Shown here piece by piece: positions 10,862 through 20,659 of a stretch of 64,000 nucleotides of DNA. Below the pieces are notes generated by a model. It ran no database searches, was not told the origin of the DNA, and saw only the letters and a program-made list of their open reading frames with translations. A program made the position numbers and the translations under genes. Source of the DNA: Verrucomicrobiia bacterium (GTDB lineage Bacteria; Verrucomicrobiota; Verrucomicrobiia; Limisphaerales; UBA1319); the NCBI GenBank assembly GCA_963664225.1, contig OY760937.1, forward strand, positions 3,616,001 to 3,680,000, in the 5' to 3' direction. The number at the start of each line of letters is the position of its first letter. Within the stretch, counting starts at the first letter, position 1.

Positions 10862-12010
10862 ATGAGCAACGTTCGCTTCGGCATCATCGGAATGGGGAAC
10901 ATGGGGCGATTCCACGCGGCCTATTTGAAGGACCGCGCGGTGCCCCGGGCCGAACTGACGGCGGTGAGCGACGCGTTTGCCGCAAACCTCGAACCTTACC
11001 GCGATTTGAAGACGTTCGAGAAGGGCGAGGATCTCATCCACTCGGGCGCCTGCGACGCGGTGATCATTGCCACCCCGCATTTCCTGCACACCACGCTGGG
11101 CATCGAGGCGCTGCAAGCCGGTTTGCATGTCCTCGTCGAAAAACCCATCTCGGTGCACAAGGCCGATTGCGAGCGGTTGCTGGCGGCGCATACGAATCCG
11201 AAGCAGGTCTTTGCCGCGATGTTTCAAATGCGCACCGATCCACGGTTCGCGAAGATCAAACACCTGATCGACAGCGGCGAACTGGGCGAACTGGTGCGCG
11301 TGGGATGGACGATCACCGATTGGTTTCGCACGGAGGCTTATTTTGCCAGCGGCGGATGGCGGGCGACATGGAAGGGCGAAGGCGGCGGGGTCCTGCTCAA
11401 CCAGTGCCCGCATAATCTGGATCTCCTGCAATGGCTCTGCGGTCGGCCTTCGCGCGTGCGCGGGTTCTGCCAGTTGGGCCGCTATCACGACATCGAGGTG
11501 GAGGACAACGTGACCGCCTACATGGAATTTCCCAATGGCGCCACAGGCACTTTTGTGACCTCCACCGGCGAAGCGCCCGGCACGAACCGTCTCGAGATCG
11601 CCGGAGAGCGCGGCAGGGTGGTTCTGGAAAATGGACGCATCACTTTCACGCGCAATGAAGTGTCGATGCGGGAGTTTTCCCGCACCGCCAAAGGCGGCTT
11701 CTCGAAGCCCGATGTGTGGAATGTGGAGATTCCGTTCGACGCCTCGGGCGCAAAGCATCACACCATCACGCAGAATTTTGTCGAAGCGATTCTCGACCAC
11801 GCGCCGCTCATCGCACCCGCCACCGAGGGGCTTTACTCGGTGGAATTGGCCAACGCGATCCTGTATTCTTCCCTGATGAAGCAGACGATTGAATTGCCAC
11901 TCGATGGCGAAGCCTACCAGCGGAAACTGGAGCAGTTGATCGCCGAATCCAAGTTCGAGAAAAAGCCGGTTCGGGCGGCGGTCGATGATTTTACCAAGTC
12001 TTTTCACTAA
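10862..12010 (+). CDS. Gfo/Idh/MocA family oxidoreductase
   Basis: GIIGMGNMG, ATPHFLH, EKP, GGGVLLNQCPH. Confidence 0.92.
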   Translation: MSNVRFGIIGMGNMGRFHAAYLKDRAVPRAELTAVSDAFAANLEPYRDLKTFEKGEDLIHSGACDAVIIATPHFLHTTLGIEALQAGLHVLVEKPISVHKADCERLLAAHTNPKQVFAAMFQMRTDPRFAKIKHLIDSGELGELVRVGWTITDWFRTEAYFASGGWRATWKGEGGGVLLNQCPHNLDLLQWLCGRPSRVRGFCQLGRYHDIEVEDNVTAYMEFPNGATGTFVTSTGEAPGTNRLEIAGERGRVVLENGRITFTRNEVSMREFSRTAKGGFSKPDVWNVEIPFDASGAKHHTITQNFVEAILDHAPLIAPATEGLYSVELANAILYSSLMKQTIELPLDGEAYQRKLEQLIAESKFEKKPVRAAVDDFTKSFH

Positions 12011-12021
12011 CAAACACTCCC

Positions 12022-12918
12022 ATGTATTTAACCGGAATTGCTGACGAAGCGGGAGTCTCGCTCGAGACCCAGATTCGCGCCACCAGGACTCTTGGATGGT
12101 CGTGCATTGAAGCCCGCCAGGTGGGGCTGCCCGGTTTTGACGCCGCCAACATTCACGATCTGCCGGACGCGGCGTTCGAGCGCGTGGTGGAGCAACTCGC
12201 CCAGGCCGGTGTGCGCGTGGATTGCTTCGCCTCCGCGATCGGGAACTGGGGCAAGAAAATCGATCAGCCCTTCGATACTTCGCTGGCCGAAGCCCGGCGG
12301 GCCATTCCCCGCATGCGGCGCTTGGGCACACGCCTCGTGCGCGTGATGAGCTTTGCCATTCGCGAGCATGACGATCAAATGGAGGAGGAACGTTTTCGCC
12401 GAATGCGTGAGATCACCCGCATGTTCCTGGGGGAAGGCATCCAGCCCGTGCATGAAAACTGCATGAACTATGGCGGCATGGCCTGGCCGTTCATGCTCAA
12501 GCTCCTCGAAAACACCCCGGGATTGAAAGTCGTTTTCGACACGGGCAACCCGGTGTTCAATCCAGACCGCACGAAGCCCAAGCCGTGGCCACGCCAGGAC
12601 GCGTGGGAGTTTTACAGCCATGTGAAGGAATTCATCGCGCATGTGCACGTCAAGGACGGCATCTGGAATCCGACGCGTAATGACGTGGACTACACCTACC
12701 CCGGCGAAGGTCAGGGCCAGGTAAAACGGATTTTGGAGGATTTGCTGGCGGGCGGTTACAACGCGGGCATTTCCATCGAGCCGCATCTGGCGAAGGTGTT
12801 TCACGATGCCAAATCCGAAGCCTCCGCCGAAAAGCAATTCGACACCTACATCGAGTATGGTCGGCGGCTGATGAAGCTCCTGGCGGAGATTCGCGCGGGG
12901 ATCAAACAGGACCACTGA
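12022..12918 (+). CDS. Sugar phosphate isomerase/epimerase (xylose-isomerase-like TIM barrel)
   Basis: HENC, FDTGN, HVHVKD, SIEPH metal ligands. Confidence 0.88.
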   Translation: MYLTGIADEAGVSLETQIRATRTLGWSCIEARQVGLPGFDAANIHDLPDAAFERVVEQLAQAGVRVDCFASAIGNWGKKIDQPFDTSLAEARRAIPRMRRLGTRLVRVMSFAIREHDDQMEEERFRRMREITRMFLGEGIQPVHENCMNYGGMAWPFMLKLLENTPGLKVVFDTGNPVFNPDRTKPKPWPRQDAWEFYSHVKEFIAHVHVKDGIWNPTRNDVDYTYPGEGQGQVKRILEDLLAGGYNAGISIEPHLAKVFHDAKSEASAEKQFDTYIEYGRRLMKLLAEIRAGIKQDH

Positions 12919-12957
12919 CCGGTGCGTGCCGAGTGAAGTCGTCCGCAGATTGCATCC

Positions 12958-13872
12958 ATGTATTTTCTAAAACGCCTGATCACGCTGGTGCCAGTGCTGC
13001 TGGTCATCAGTTTTCTGGCGTTTCTTCTGGTCCGGCTCGCGCCGGGCGGGCCCTTCGACAAGGAGCGCAAACCCGCATCCCCTGAGGTCGAAAAACGGCT
13101 TCAAGCCAAATACCACCTCGACGAACCGATTCTCGTTCAATACGGACGCTTCCTGGGCGGACTGGCGCGCGGGGATTTGGGGCCGTCGCTGAAGTTCCGC
13201 AATCACACCGTCACCGACATCATCCTCCAGGGATTGCCCGTGTCGTTGACGTTGGGATTGATGTCATTCTGTTTTGCCATGGGGCTGGGATTGCCGTTGG
13301 GCTTTTACGCGGCCATCCGGCGTGGAGGCTGGCAGGACCATGCGTCGAGTTTCGCCGCGATGCTGGCCGTGTGCATCCCGGGATTTGTGATGGGCCCCTT
13401 TCTGGTCATGGTGTTTGCGGTGCATTTGGGCTGGTTTCCGGTGGCCCTGTGGGAAACCCCCATGCACGCCGTGCTGCCCGTGATCGCCCTGGGCATTTAT
13501 TTTGCGGGCAAGATCGCGCGGCTGACGCGCGAGGGCATGACGGGCGTCCTGCAGGAGCCGTTCATCACCACGGCGCGGGCCAAGGGTTTGAGCGATTGGG
13601 CCGTCTATTGGCGGCATGCCTTTCGCCTGGGGGTGTTGCCGGTGGTTTCCTATTCGGGACCGTTGCTGGCGGATTTGCTGACGGGTTCGTTTGTGGTGGA
13701 AAACATTTTTCAAATCCCGGGCATTGGCGTGTTCATGGTGAACAGCTCGTTGAATCGCGATTACCCGATGGTGGTCGGTTTGGTGATGGTCTATGCGGTG
13801 TTGTTGGTGGGCCTGAATCTGGTGGTGGACGTCGTCTATGCGGCGTTGGATCCCCGGGTTCGTTACTCATGA
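12958..13872 (+). CDS. oppB: Oligopeptide ABC transporter permease
   Basis: LAPGGPF, GDLGPS, TARAKGL EAA loop, RDYP, LDPRVRY. Confidence 0.88.
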   Translation: MYFLKRLITLVPVLLVISFLAFLLVRLAPGGPFDKERKPASPEVEKRLQAKYHLDEPILVQYGRFLGGLARGDLGPSLKFRNHTVTDIILQGLPVSLTLGLMSFCFAMGLGLPLGFYAAIRRGGWQDHASSFAAMLAVCIPGFVMGPFLVMVFAVHLGWFPVALWETPMHAVLPVIALGIYFAGKIARLTREGMTGVLQEPFITTARAKGLSDWAVYWRHAFRLGVLPVVSYSGPLLADLLTGSFVVENIFQIPGIGVFMVNSSLNRDYPMVVGLVMVYAVLLVGLNLVVDVVYAALDPRVRYS

Positions 13873-13909
13873 TCTTCTCAATGCAAATTCAATCCAGGCG
13901 GGGCGCGGC

Positions 13910-14806
13910 ATGAGTGATGCCAGCGCCTGGGGAAGATTTTTGCGGCAGCGTGTGGCGGTGGCCAGCGTCTGCTATCTGGTCGTTGTCATTCTATGGGTGC
14001 TGGCGGGGCCGTTCTGGAACACCTACGGCCCCGATCAACTTTCCGACGCGCAATTCCAGCCCCCCAGCGCGCAGCACTGGTTTGGAACCGATGTGCACGG
14101 GCGGGACTTGCTGGCGCGTGTGATTCACGGCGCGCGCATTTCGCTGCTGGTTGGCGTGGTAGGCGCGGGGGTGAGTTTGGTGATCGGGGTTTCATGGGGT
14201 GCCACGGCGGGTTATAAGGGAGGACGTCTGGACGGGGCGATGATGCGCTTTGTGGACATACTCTATTCGATGCCCTCGATTATTTTCGTAATCGTGTTGA
14301 TCACGGCGCTCGAACAACTCGTTCGCCACGGTCTGGCATGGATGATTCCCGCCAGTGGTGGCGGTCTCGCTCGGCTGCTGCTGTTGTTTGCGGGGCTGGG
14401 GGCCGTGTCGTGGCTCACGATGGCGCGGATCGTGCGCGGGCAGGTGCTATCCCTGCGTTCGCGGGGATTTGTCGAGGCCAGTCGCGCCATGGGGGCGGGC
14501 CACGCGCATATCATCTGGTATCACATTCTGCCGCAAATCACCGGCATCGTGATCGTGTATCTGACGCTTACGGTGCCCTCGGTGATCCTGAGCGAATCAT
14601 TCTTGAGCTACCTCGGGTTGGGCATTCAACCGCCGCAGGCCAGTCTGGGCTCGCTCATTGCCGATGGTGCGGGTCAGATCAACCCCATTCGCATCTATTG
14701 GTGGCTGCTGGTGTTTCCGGGCGGGTTCCTGGTGAGCACGCTCCTGGCGCTTAATTTTTTCGGGGACGGCCTGCGCGACGCGCTCGATCCCAAGAGCGGA
14801 GTCTGA
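13910..14806 (+). CDS. oppC: Oligopeptide ABC transporter permease (start uncertain; ORF open from 13838)
   Basis: HWFGTD..GRD, FVEASRAMGA, ESFLSYLGLG, GDGLRDALDPK. Confidence 0.88.
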   Translation: MSDASAWGRFLRQRVAVASVCYLVVVILWVLAGPFWNTYGPDQLSDAQFQPPSAQHWFGTDVHGRDLLARVIHGARISLLVGVVGAGVSLVIGVSWGATAGYKGGRLDGAMMRFVDILYSMPSIIFVIVLITALEQLVRHGLAWMIPASGGGLARLLLLFAGLGAVSWLTMARIVRGQVLSLRSRGFVEASRAMGAGHAHIIWYHILPQITGIVIVYLTLTVPSVILSESFLSYLGLGIQPPQASLGSLIADGAGQINPIRIYWWLLVFPGGFLVSTLLALNFFGDGLRDALDPKSGV

Positions 14807-14839
14807 GCTCGGAGGCGGGGTGTATGTCAAAAGTCTGCG

Positions 14840-14992
14840 CAAGCCGGGAAACCCTTAAACCGACATGGAAGCATATAGGCCGGACTGACTCGCGCAACCG
14901 AATGACTACAGGCAGCCGAAAGAACCAATCGCGCGACTTTATTCTCTCGCCCCGCGAGGCACGAGTGGGGAGAGAGCTAGAGAGAGGGGGGG
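14840..14992 (+). repeat. Dispersed ~150-bp palindromic element (REPIN/MITE-like), copy 1
   Basis: Blocks AAACCCT, ACTGACTC..GCAAC.GAATGA, CCAATCGCGCGA and CCCGCGAGGCACG recur in order at 28067-28230; partial copy at 53004-53068. Confidence 0.55.
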
Positions 14993-15035
14993 CCAAAAAG
15001 AAGTCTGTCTTGCACCCCGGCGGCTGGCGGCGTTC

Positions 15036-17540
15036 ATGCCTGAATTTATGACGGTTCCCGCCAAATCCACTAGTCCCGATAAACCCATCGTCAGCGTGCC
15101 AGTGCGCAAGCTCGTGGATTACGTGCTGCGCACCGGCGGTCTGGGAGGGGAGGGCGGGTTCAGCAGCCTGGATCGCGCCCGTGCGGGCATGCGCGGCCAG
15201 AAGCAATTGCAGGACGCGCGTCCCGCCGGTTATCAAACCGAGGTTCCGGTGGCCTGTGAAGTCGAGTGCCGTGATTTCATTTTGCGCGTGCAGGGGCGCA
15301 TCGATGGTTTTCTGCGCACGGAAACCTTCGTTCACATCGAGGAAATTAAAACCGTGATGAGCTTCGATGCCTCGGGTCCCGACCCGCTGCATCAGGCGCA
15401 GTTGAAAATGTATGCCGCCCTGTGGGCGCGTCAGGAGCCGGGCGTGCGCATCGAAACGGTCCTCACCTATCTGAACCTCGAGACAAACGAGGTGCGCGAT
15501 TACGCCGAGACTCCGGCCCTGGACGCCCTCGCCACTTTCTTCGAAGAGGTCACTTCAGCCTACGCGCAATGGGCGGAGGAGTTGCAGAACTGGCGCACCT
15601 TGCGCGATCATTCTTTGCAAGCGCTGGCGTTCCCGTATCCCGCCTACCGCGCCGGCCAGCGGGAATTCGCGGTCGCGGCCTACCGGACACTCGTGCGCGG
15701 CGGACGTTTATTCGCCGAAGCGCCCACGGGCATTGGCAAGACCATTTCCGTTTTGTTCCCCGCGCTCAAGGCCCTGGGCGAGGGTCGGTTTGTGCGGCTG
15801 TTTTATCTGACCGCCAAAACCATCGGGCGTGTGGTTGCCGAAAAAGCCCTGTCCGATCTTCGCGACGCCGGGGCGCGCTTGCGCAGTGTCACGCTGACCG
15901 CGAAGGAGAAAATCTGTTTCAATTCCGGCGCGCCGTGCGACCTGAACACCTGTCCCTACGCCATTGGCTACTACGACCGTCTCAAACCCGCCCTGGGCGA
16001 GGTCCTCAGCGTGGGCGCGCTCACGCGTGCGGCCATCGAGGACACGGCGCGCCGACATCAGGTCTGCCCGTTCGAACTGTCGCTGGACGCCGCGCTCTGG
16101 GTCGATGTCATCGTCTGCGATTACAATTACGTGTTCGATCCCTCCGCCTATCTCAAACGATTCTTTGCCGAGGACGTTGAGGACTGCGCCTTTTTGATCG
16201 ATGAGGCCCACAACTTGATCGATCGTGCCCGCGAAATGTTTTCGGCCTCACTCGACAAGGCATCCGTGCTCGAGATTAAAAAGGCGGTGAAGGATGCAGC
16301 CCCCGATTGTGCCAAGGCGCTCGGGCGGGTATCGCGCGCGATGAATCTGTTAATGCGCGAGGAGAAGGAGGACCAGACCCAGGATCAGGAAAAGGACCTG
16401 TTCACGCTCTCTGATGGCTCGGTGGAAGACCCGGAAGCGGCGCGCAGAAGTCCGGAACGGCCACGATTGGGGCGCGAGGAGGGGTTGCGCGCGGTCATGG
16501 AATTGCCGGAGGAACTTTTGTCGCCGTTGCGCCACTTTCTGACCGCCGCCGGAGCCTGGCTCATGCGCAACAAACCGGCCCCGTGGCGCGAGGCCCTGCT
16601 GACTTTGTATTTCGACGTGTCCGCATTTTTAAGGATTGCCGAAATGTATGGCGATGGCTACGCAACCCTCATTCGATCGGGCCGCAAAGACGCCGGGGTG
16701 CGTCTGTTTTGCATGGACCCCTCGGGGCCGCTGCGTCAGGTGCTGGAGCGCGCGCGGGCCGCGGTGTTCTTCTCAGCCACACTCGCGCCACTGGAATATT
16801 ACCGGGACTTGCTTGGCGGCGGGCCCAGGGACGAGGCGCGCACATGGCCCTCTCCATTTCCGCGCGATAACCTCCGTCTCCTGATCCAGGATCGTATTTC
16901 GACTTTGTACAAGGAGCGCGCCAATTCCGTCGATGAAGTCGCCCGGTCGATTGCCGCGCTGATCCAGCCGCATCGCGGCAATTACATGGTCTATTTCCCA
17001 TCCTACGAATACCTGAAGCAGGTGTGCGCGCGTTTCGAGGTGATTCAACCCTCGGAATGCCGGGTCATGACGCAAACATCGGGCATGAGCGAATCCGAAC
17101 GGGAGGCGTTCATGGCCGCGTTCGACGCGCCGCAGGCGGGGACTCTGCTGGGCTTCGCGGTCATGGGCGGCGTATTTGGTGAGGGGATCGATCTCACCGG
17201 TGACCGCCTGGTGGGCGCAATCATCGTGGGGGTGGGCATGCCGCAGCTTTGTTTGGAGCGGGATTTGATTCAGGACTATTTCCAAAAAACCAGGGGAACC
17301 GGGTTTGATTTTGCCTACACCTTTCCCGGGATGAACCGCGTGCTTCAGGCGGTGGGTCGCGTCATACGCGGTGAAACCGACCGGGGCGTGGTGATGCTGG
17401 TGGACACCCGCTTTGCTCAGGGGCGTTACCGGCGGCTCTTTCCCGCCTGGTGGCAGCCGCTTGCGGTCCGTGGCGACGAGGAAATCCTGTGTCAGGCCCG
17501 TCAATTCTGGGAGGGCGGTGACATGACAACAATACAATAG
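15036..17540 (+). CDS. XPD/DinG-type FeS DNA helicase with N-terminal PD-(D/E)XK nuclease-like domain
   Basis: GRIDG..EEIKT..QLKMYA; APTGIGKT; four FeS Cys (ICF, PCD, TCPY, VCPF); DEAHN; SATL; QAVGRVIR. Confidence 0.88.
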   Translation: MPEFMTVPAKSTSPDKPIVSVPVRKLVDYVLRTGGLGGEGGFSSLDRARAGMRGQKQLQDARPAGYQTEVPVACEVECRDFILRVQGRIDGFLRTETFVHIEEIKTVMSFDASGPDPLHQAQLKMYAALWARQEPGVRIETVLTYLNLETNEVRDYAETPALDALATFFEEVTSAYAQWAEELQNWRTLRDHSLQALAFPYPAYRAGQREFAVAAYRTLVRGGRLFAEAPTGIGKTISVLFPALKALGEGRFVRLFYLTAKTIGRVVAEKALSDLRDAGARLRSVTLTAKEKICFNSGAPCDLNTCPYAIGYYDRLKPALGEVLSVGALTRAAIEDTARRHQVCPFELSLDAALWVDVIVCDYNYVFDPSAYLKRFFAEDVEDCAFLIDEAHNLIDRAREMFSASLDKASVLEIKKAVKDAAPDCAKALGRVSRAMNLLMREEKEDQTQDQEKDLFTLSDGSVEDPEAARRSPERPRLGREEGLRAVMELPEELLSPLRHFLTAAGAWLMRNKPAPWREALLTLYFDVSAFLRIAEMYGDGYATLIRSGRKDAGVRLFCMDPSGPLRQVLERARAAVFFSATLAPLEYYRDLLGGGPRDEARTWPSPFPRDNLRLLIQDRISTLYKERANSVDEVARSIAALIQPHRGNYMVYFPSYEYLKQVCARFEVIQPSECRVMTQTSGMSESEREAFMAAFDAPQAGTLLGFAVMGGVFGEGIDLTGDRLVGAIIVGVGMPQLCLERDLIQDYFQKTRGTGFDFAYTFPGMNRVLQAVGRVIRGETDRGVVMLVDTRFAQGRYRRLFPAWWQPLAVRGDEEILCQARQFWEGGDMTTIQ

Positions 17541-17701
17541 AAACCCGGATCCATCGCTGAACCTGTCATTTTGATTTTCCGTGGCAGGGTGTCGGGCAGG
17601 ACTCTTGTTCCTCGTAGCGGCGAACTGGTGTTCGCCGGTAATATCTGAGCGTTCATCGCAATCCCCAATCGGACTAAACCATGCATGCGGATTCAGTAGG
17701 T

Positions 17702-17729
17702 AGGGCGTGCAGTCCTCTGCGCGCCGCGA
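17702..17729 (+). repeat. REP-like 28-bp dispersed repeat, copy 2
   Basis: Identical to 10374-10401; the preceding GT completes a GTAG start. Confidence 0.7.
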
Positions 17730-17785
17730 AAAGCAGCACCCCTGCCTGGGGATTTCGAACGATCCCCGCTTCGAATTCAACATGC

Positions 17786-17836
17786 AACCGCCGCTTCAAA
17801 CCGCAAAAAAAGGCAGGCTTTTCAGGCCTGGCTTTT
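17786..17836. repeat. ~51-bp direct repeat containing a terminator hairpin, copy 1
   Basis: AACCGCCGCTTCAAACCGC-AAAAAAAGGCAGGCTTTTCAGGCCTGGCTTTT; near-identical at 20581-20632. Confidence 0.8.
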
Positions 17837-17881
17837 GGCTTCGGTAAAATCCATTTCGCCTTTACGTTTTAATGAACCCGG

Positions 17882-20134
17882 TCAGTCAAGGGACGGTGTC
17901 CTTGGTTTAAACGTGATTGTGAGAGCGCCAATATCGCCCAGCGGACGATCGAAGATTCCGTACCCGGCCATGGCATTGTCGGACGTGGCTGTTCCGTTTC
18001 CCACGGTCATCAGCGGAAGCTCTGTCCCCTTCAAATCCACGCCGGTGAAAACTGGCGTGCCAAGATTCATCCCGTCGCATTCGTAGATAAGCGTTGAGTA
18101 TTTGTCCGCATTGGTTCCTCTATCTTCTGCAAGGCTGATGGTGCATTGCCTGGGCCCGGCCGACGTCCCTGTTGCGGCGCGTCCCTTGAGCACGCGAATC
18201 CGTATGGGCACAAGCACATCGTTGACCAGATCGACCTCCTTGCCACGAACCGCCGTGGTGATGGGCGGCGTCGCGCTGAGATTGCTGCCGTGGCGCACCG
18301 GTAATCGGACTCCGGGGAAGTAGAAGACATGGCGTCCGCCAAAGGGTCGGATCTCGAAATGGCTGATCTCAGAAAGTTCCACGGGGCAGTCGAACGAAAT
18401 CACCGGATTGTATCTGCCATTAAAAAAATGCGGAGTGTCCGGGAACACCTTCACGCCTTGCTTTGTGACAACGCAAATCTGGCCCTGGCCGAAATCCTGC
18501 AAACCTTCTCCAATAATGCTGTAAAGAGAACGCCTTGACCCTGGCTGAGAAGGCGGGCCCAGTGGTTGTATGTGTCCATTGGCGCCGACGGAATAACTCT
18601 GATAGACGTGCGGATGAAGGTCGAGAACTCGGAGCGTCCCCGCGCCCATCTGCACGGAAGCGTCCACCTGACAGGGAAGCCGGTAAACGGGATCCTTGGC
18701 CGCATAACTATGAGCGCGAAACCAGATATCCACCTTATCCGGCAGCGCGGTGGTTCCGCGCAATAGGACCGAGCCATTGGTGCAATAGCTTATGGCGGCA
18801 TTATCGACGGACTGGCCAGTCTCGGAATTGAAAAGGCGCAGTTCAAGGACATCGTAAAATGCCGGTCCTGGACTGAGAAATACCTGTGCCTCATCCATCC
18901 AACTCGCGCAGCGGGTGATCGTCGGATCAATTCCTGACTTCGGAACAGGAACGGGATGTCCAACGCCGTCTTCCGTTGTGAGCGTGCCATCGCCATTATT
19001 TCGCACAACGGTGCTGATGGCGAATGTGTTTGGTCCGACTTTGATCTTGAGATTACGGGCTGCAGGCGCTTTCTCGTAGTTCCTATTCCCTGCGGCAACC
19101 AGGCTCGCAGGCCCGAGAATAAGAAGAAATGCGATGCTCATAACCCCAGTCAAAATCGGGGCCCATTTGACCATGCGACCAAATCGAGGCGTCTTTTCCA
19201 AACGGTCCAACCGCCGTCCCAAATTCGAGCTTTCAGCCATGGCAAAGCTCGTCCGGGTCCGGCCCGGTTCGACAATGCTCAAAGCGAACCGCGCCAGACT
19301 GCGCAAGTAGGTCTGGGTGTCGCCGAGAGCCTCGACCGCCTCCGCATCGCTGGCCTCTTCGCACGCGGCCTGGTGCGCCATGGGCATCCGCCAAACCAAA
19401 GGGTGAAACCAGCACAAAGCCTGGATCCACCGCAGCAGGTCATTCCAGAAAAGGTCCCGGTTGCGCACATGGGCTGATTCGTGGGAAAGAATCGCCGCCC
19501 AATCTTCCTGCCACTGGCTTTCCAGAAGATGCCGGGGAACCAGCAGGACCGGGTGTCGCCAGCGGGCCACGCAGGGCGAGGCAAGCGCCGGGTGACTCAG
19601 AATATGAATCGGTTGCACTGACACATGCACTGGCAATAGATCAGGTTCATGGCGTCCGCCTTTTATCAAAAGGTGAACCATCCACTTTCCATACAGAATA
19701 CGGAAAATCATGAGTACCGCTCCAATGCTCCAAAGGAACACCATAATCTCTTCCATGCTCCACGCGGCAAGATCGCGTGCGGGCGCGGGCAGACCATTGC
19801 GATTGGGGGGTGCGGTTGTTTGTGGAATTGACGAAGGATGAACATCGGAATGGGTCAGACTGGCCGGAGGAGTTGTCGGAGCATGAGCGGTTTTGGACGC
19901 TGGAACCCGCCATTCCCAGGCGGGCAACTCATGACAAAGAAGAGGCAGGAGTACGATCATTAGGGCCGCCCCCCGCCACACCGCCCTGCGCCAGCCGGGA
20001 TGAAACTTGTCACATATAAAATGGGCCATCCAGAACAGAATCAGTGCCAAAGTCATTTTGCACAGAACCACCGCCACGAATGGCCACTGGTCCAATTGTC
20101 TGGCGACTTCGAATAACAAACCATGGGTGTTCAT
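17882..20134 (-). CDS. BlaR1/MecR1-like peptidase M56 sensor with an unrecognised extracellular C-terminal region
   Basis: TM segments, HESAHVRNRD (HExxH), WFHPLVW, CEEASD, LGRRLDRL; ATG at 20134 overlaps the repressor TGA (ATGA). Confidence 0.88.
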   Translation of the reverse strand: MNTHGLLFEVARQLDQWPFVAVVLCKMTLALILFWMAHFICDKFHPGWRRAVWRGAALMIVLLPLLCHELPAWEWRVPASKTAHAPTTPPASLTHSDVHPSSIPQTTAPPNRNGLPAPARDLAAWSMEEIMVFLWSIGAVLMIFRILYGKWMVHLLIKGGRHEPDLLPVHVSVQPIHILSHPALASPCVARWRHPVLLVPRHLLESQWQEDWAAILSHESAHVRNRDLFWNDLLRWIQALCWFHPLVWRMPMAHQAACEEASDAEAVEALGDTQTYLRSLARFALSIVEPGRTRTSFAMAESSNLGRRLDRLEKTPRFGRMVKWAPILTGVMSIAFLLILGPASLVAAGNRNYEKAPAARNLKIKVGPNTFAISTVVRNNGDGTLTTEDGVGHPVPVPKSGIDPTITRCASWMDEAQVFLSPGPAFYDVLELRLFNSETGQSVDNAAISYCTNGSVLLRGTTALPDKVDIWFRAHSYAAKDPVYRLPCQVDASVQMGAGTLRVLDLHPHVYQSYSVGANGHIQPLGPPSQPGSRRSLYSIIGEGLQDFGQGQICVVTKQGVKVFPDTPHFFNGRYNPVISFDCPVELSEISHFEIRPFGGRHVFYFPGVRLPVRHGSNLSATPPITTAVRGKEVDLVNDVLVPIRIRVLKGRAATGTSAGPRQCTISLAEDRGTNADKYSTLIYECDGMNLGTPVFTGVDLKGTELPLMTVGNGTATSDNAMAGYGIFDRPLGDIGALTITFKPRTPSLD

Positions 20135-20502
20135 GCCTTGGCGCCCCCGGTTTCTTTTTGGGTCAGTTTTCTCAGGCGCAGCAGTTCCTTCTTCGAGTAT
20201 TTCTCCTCGGCGATCAGATGCTGCAACATGGCCTCCTTCGATCCGTTGAAAAAGGTTTCCGCCAATTGCTGGCACATGGTCTGAAAGGCGGATTTCGGCT
20301 TTGTTTTGGCTGTATACAGGAAGGCCTTCCCCACAAGCCGCCGGGTCACATGCCCTTTCTCAACAAGAATGGCCAGATAGGACCGGAGCGCGGGATTTTT
20401 GATGGGCTCGGAAAATTCCTTCTGGATGTCCGCGGGTTTGAGTTCTCCTTGCCGCCAAAGGATGCGCATGACTTTGATCTCTCCATCGGTGAATTTCACC
20501 AT
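20131..20502 (-). CDS. BlaI/MecI/CopY family transcriptional repressor
   Basis: EIKVMRILW, LVEKGHVTR..GKAFLY, FFNGS; upstream of and coupled to the M56 gene. Confidence 0.92.
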   Translation of the reverse strand: MVKFTDGEIKVMRILWRQGELKPADIQKEFSEPIKNPALRSYLAILVEKGHVTRRLVGKAFLYTAKTKPKSAFQTMCQQLAETFFNGSKEAMLQHLIAEEKYSKKELLRLRKLTQKETGGAKA

Positions 20503-20563
20503 GCAGATAATATGCAGATACATCTGCACATAGGCAAGCTCAAATGCAGATACATCTGCACAT
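20502..20563 (-). promoter_or_regulatory. Tandem palindromic operators for the BlaI-like repressor
   Basis: TGCAGAT-AC-ATCTGCA at 20513-20528 and 20545-20560, plus a degenerate copy at 20502-20516 touching the ATG. Confidence 0.8.
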
Positions 20564-20580
20564 CATCCTTGGAACCTGAA

Positions 20581-20632
20581 AACCGCCGCTTCAAACCGCA
20601 TAAAAAAGGCAGGCTTTTCAGGCCTGCCTTTT
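20581..20632 (-). terminator. Intrinsic terminator of the nifJ/pyrD-like operon (direct repeat copy 2)
   Basis: AGGCAGGC/GCCTGCCT stem with a T-tract on the minus strand. Confidence 0.8.
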
Positions 20633-20659
20633 CAATTAACAGCTACTTCGCGAACCCGA

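Noticed and set aside
14824..15051. 75-aa ORF between oppC and the helicase
   Set aside because: It coincides with a dispersed palindromic repeat.
17882..20502. Beta-lactam resistance operon
   Set aside because: No adjacent beta-lactamase, and no penicillin-binding domain recognised in the M56 protein.
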